60,329 bases of DNA. It comes from Psammoneis japonica. Its lineage: Eukaryota. A program made the position numbers and the translations under genes. The notes under the pieces were generated by a model. The model worked only from the letters and a program-made list of their open reading frames with translations, searched no databases and was not told the DNA's origin. This document shows, piece by piece, positions 59,794-60,329 of this stretch (positions are counted from its first letter, which is position 1; each line of letters starts with the position of its first letter). The stretch lies in the NCBI GenBank assembly GCA_008632985.1, contig QPGO01000150.1, forward strand, positions 124,001 to 184,329, given 5' to 3'.

Positions 59794-60329
59794 TCATTTT
59801 GGAAGCGTATAGTCGTATGGGTTGTCTGTTAATTTGAACGAGCTATCGCGTGCGTAATAGACAAGAGAATTTTGCTTTTTTTGAACATCAGTACCCACGG
59901 TCTCTGAAATAGTACCGTTCGTGGGCGTTCCTATCTTCTTGCTCTTCCATAGTTTCTGTGACATCTTCTTGGTCAAACCCAAGCAAGGCTCCCATATCTT
60001 CGAGTCCAACGTAACGTACATTGTCGTCTTCCTCTCGTGGCCGGTCTGGCATGTTCATGGATGTGGCCCAGAGAGGCCCTAGTAACCCTGCTCGATTTGC
60101 CTTTGTCTCGTGCATAGCCAGAGCATTATCTATTGAATTCATGCGTACCTGCTTCTGCGGAGGAGGAGGTTCGAATTTTACAGCATCAACCGACATTTCG
60201 TCTTGCGATTGATAGATAGCGGCTTTGCGCCATCTTGAAGAACATCGACATTGACGGAGGCATTTGTCCTTCTCCGCCTTCCGGGCTCTTGTTCCATTCG
60301 CGAGCAGCTTTGATATCTTTCGACCAAAA
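59794..60329 (-). CDS. 3' end of a hypothetical protein, running off the window
   Basis: Protein-like frames (QDEMSVDAVKFEPPPPQK...YYFRDRG / TDVQKKQNSLVYYARDSS...PK*) joined by apparent 1-nt shifts. Confidence 0.45.

Noticed and set aside
50568..60329. Scattered 1-2 nt frameshifts in otherwise intact genes, considered as programmed frameshifting or mass pseudogenisation
   Set aside because: Several fall in short homopolymers or repeats. Consensus indel errors are the simpler explanation and need read-level checking.

Overview
Eukaryotic nuclear DNA, most likely from a diatom. The evidence is short GT-AG introns, a signal-peptide UFD1, a plastid-targeted PPR protein, a silaffin-like KXXK/Ser/Pro protein and RXL-motif membrane proteins. 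The window alternates between two sharply different kinds of domain. Ordinary gene-bearing DNA lies at about 5.3-13.1, 20.2-23.4, 26.3-28.7 and 41.1-60.3 kb. Four multi-kb domains (about 1-5340, 13081-20150, 23365-26300, 28703-41090) hold transposon remnants and pseudogenes in which the TpA dinucleotide has been almost erased. Duplicated sequences inside the window show the cause: directional TpA->TpG/CpA (A:T->G:C) substitution, strongest at TAY and weakest at YTAR, with weaker CpG->TpG/CpA decay alongside. This is the reverse of fungal RIP and is the candidate undescribed system here: a domain-targeted adenine hypermutation of repeats and duplicates. Other content: a head-to-tail trimer of a 1.33-kb Crypton-like element, a 4-bp-TSD MITE family, an 8.4-kb TIR element, a bacterial-style DUF2235 two-gene cassette, a TRP-like channel and its decayed copy, an HA-repeat gene, and two class C GPCR paralogs. 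All counts were made by eye and are approximate. Family assignments come from motif recognition, not database searches.
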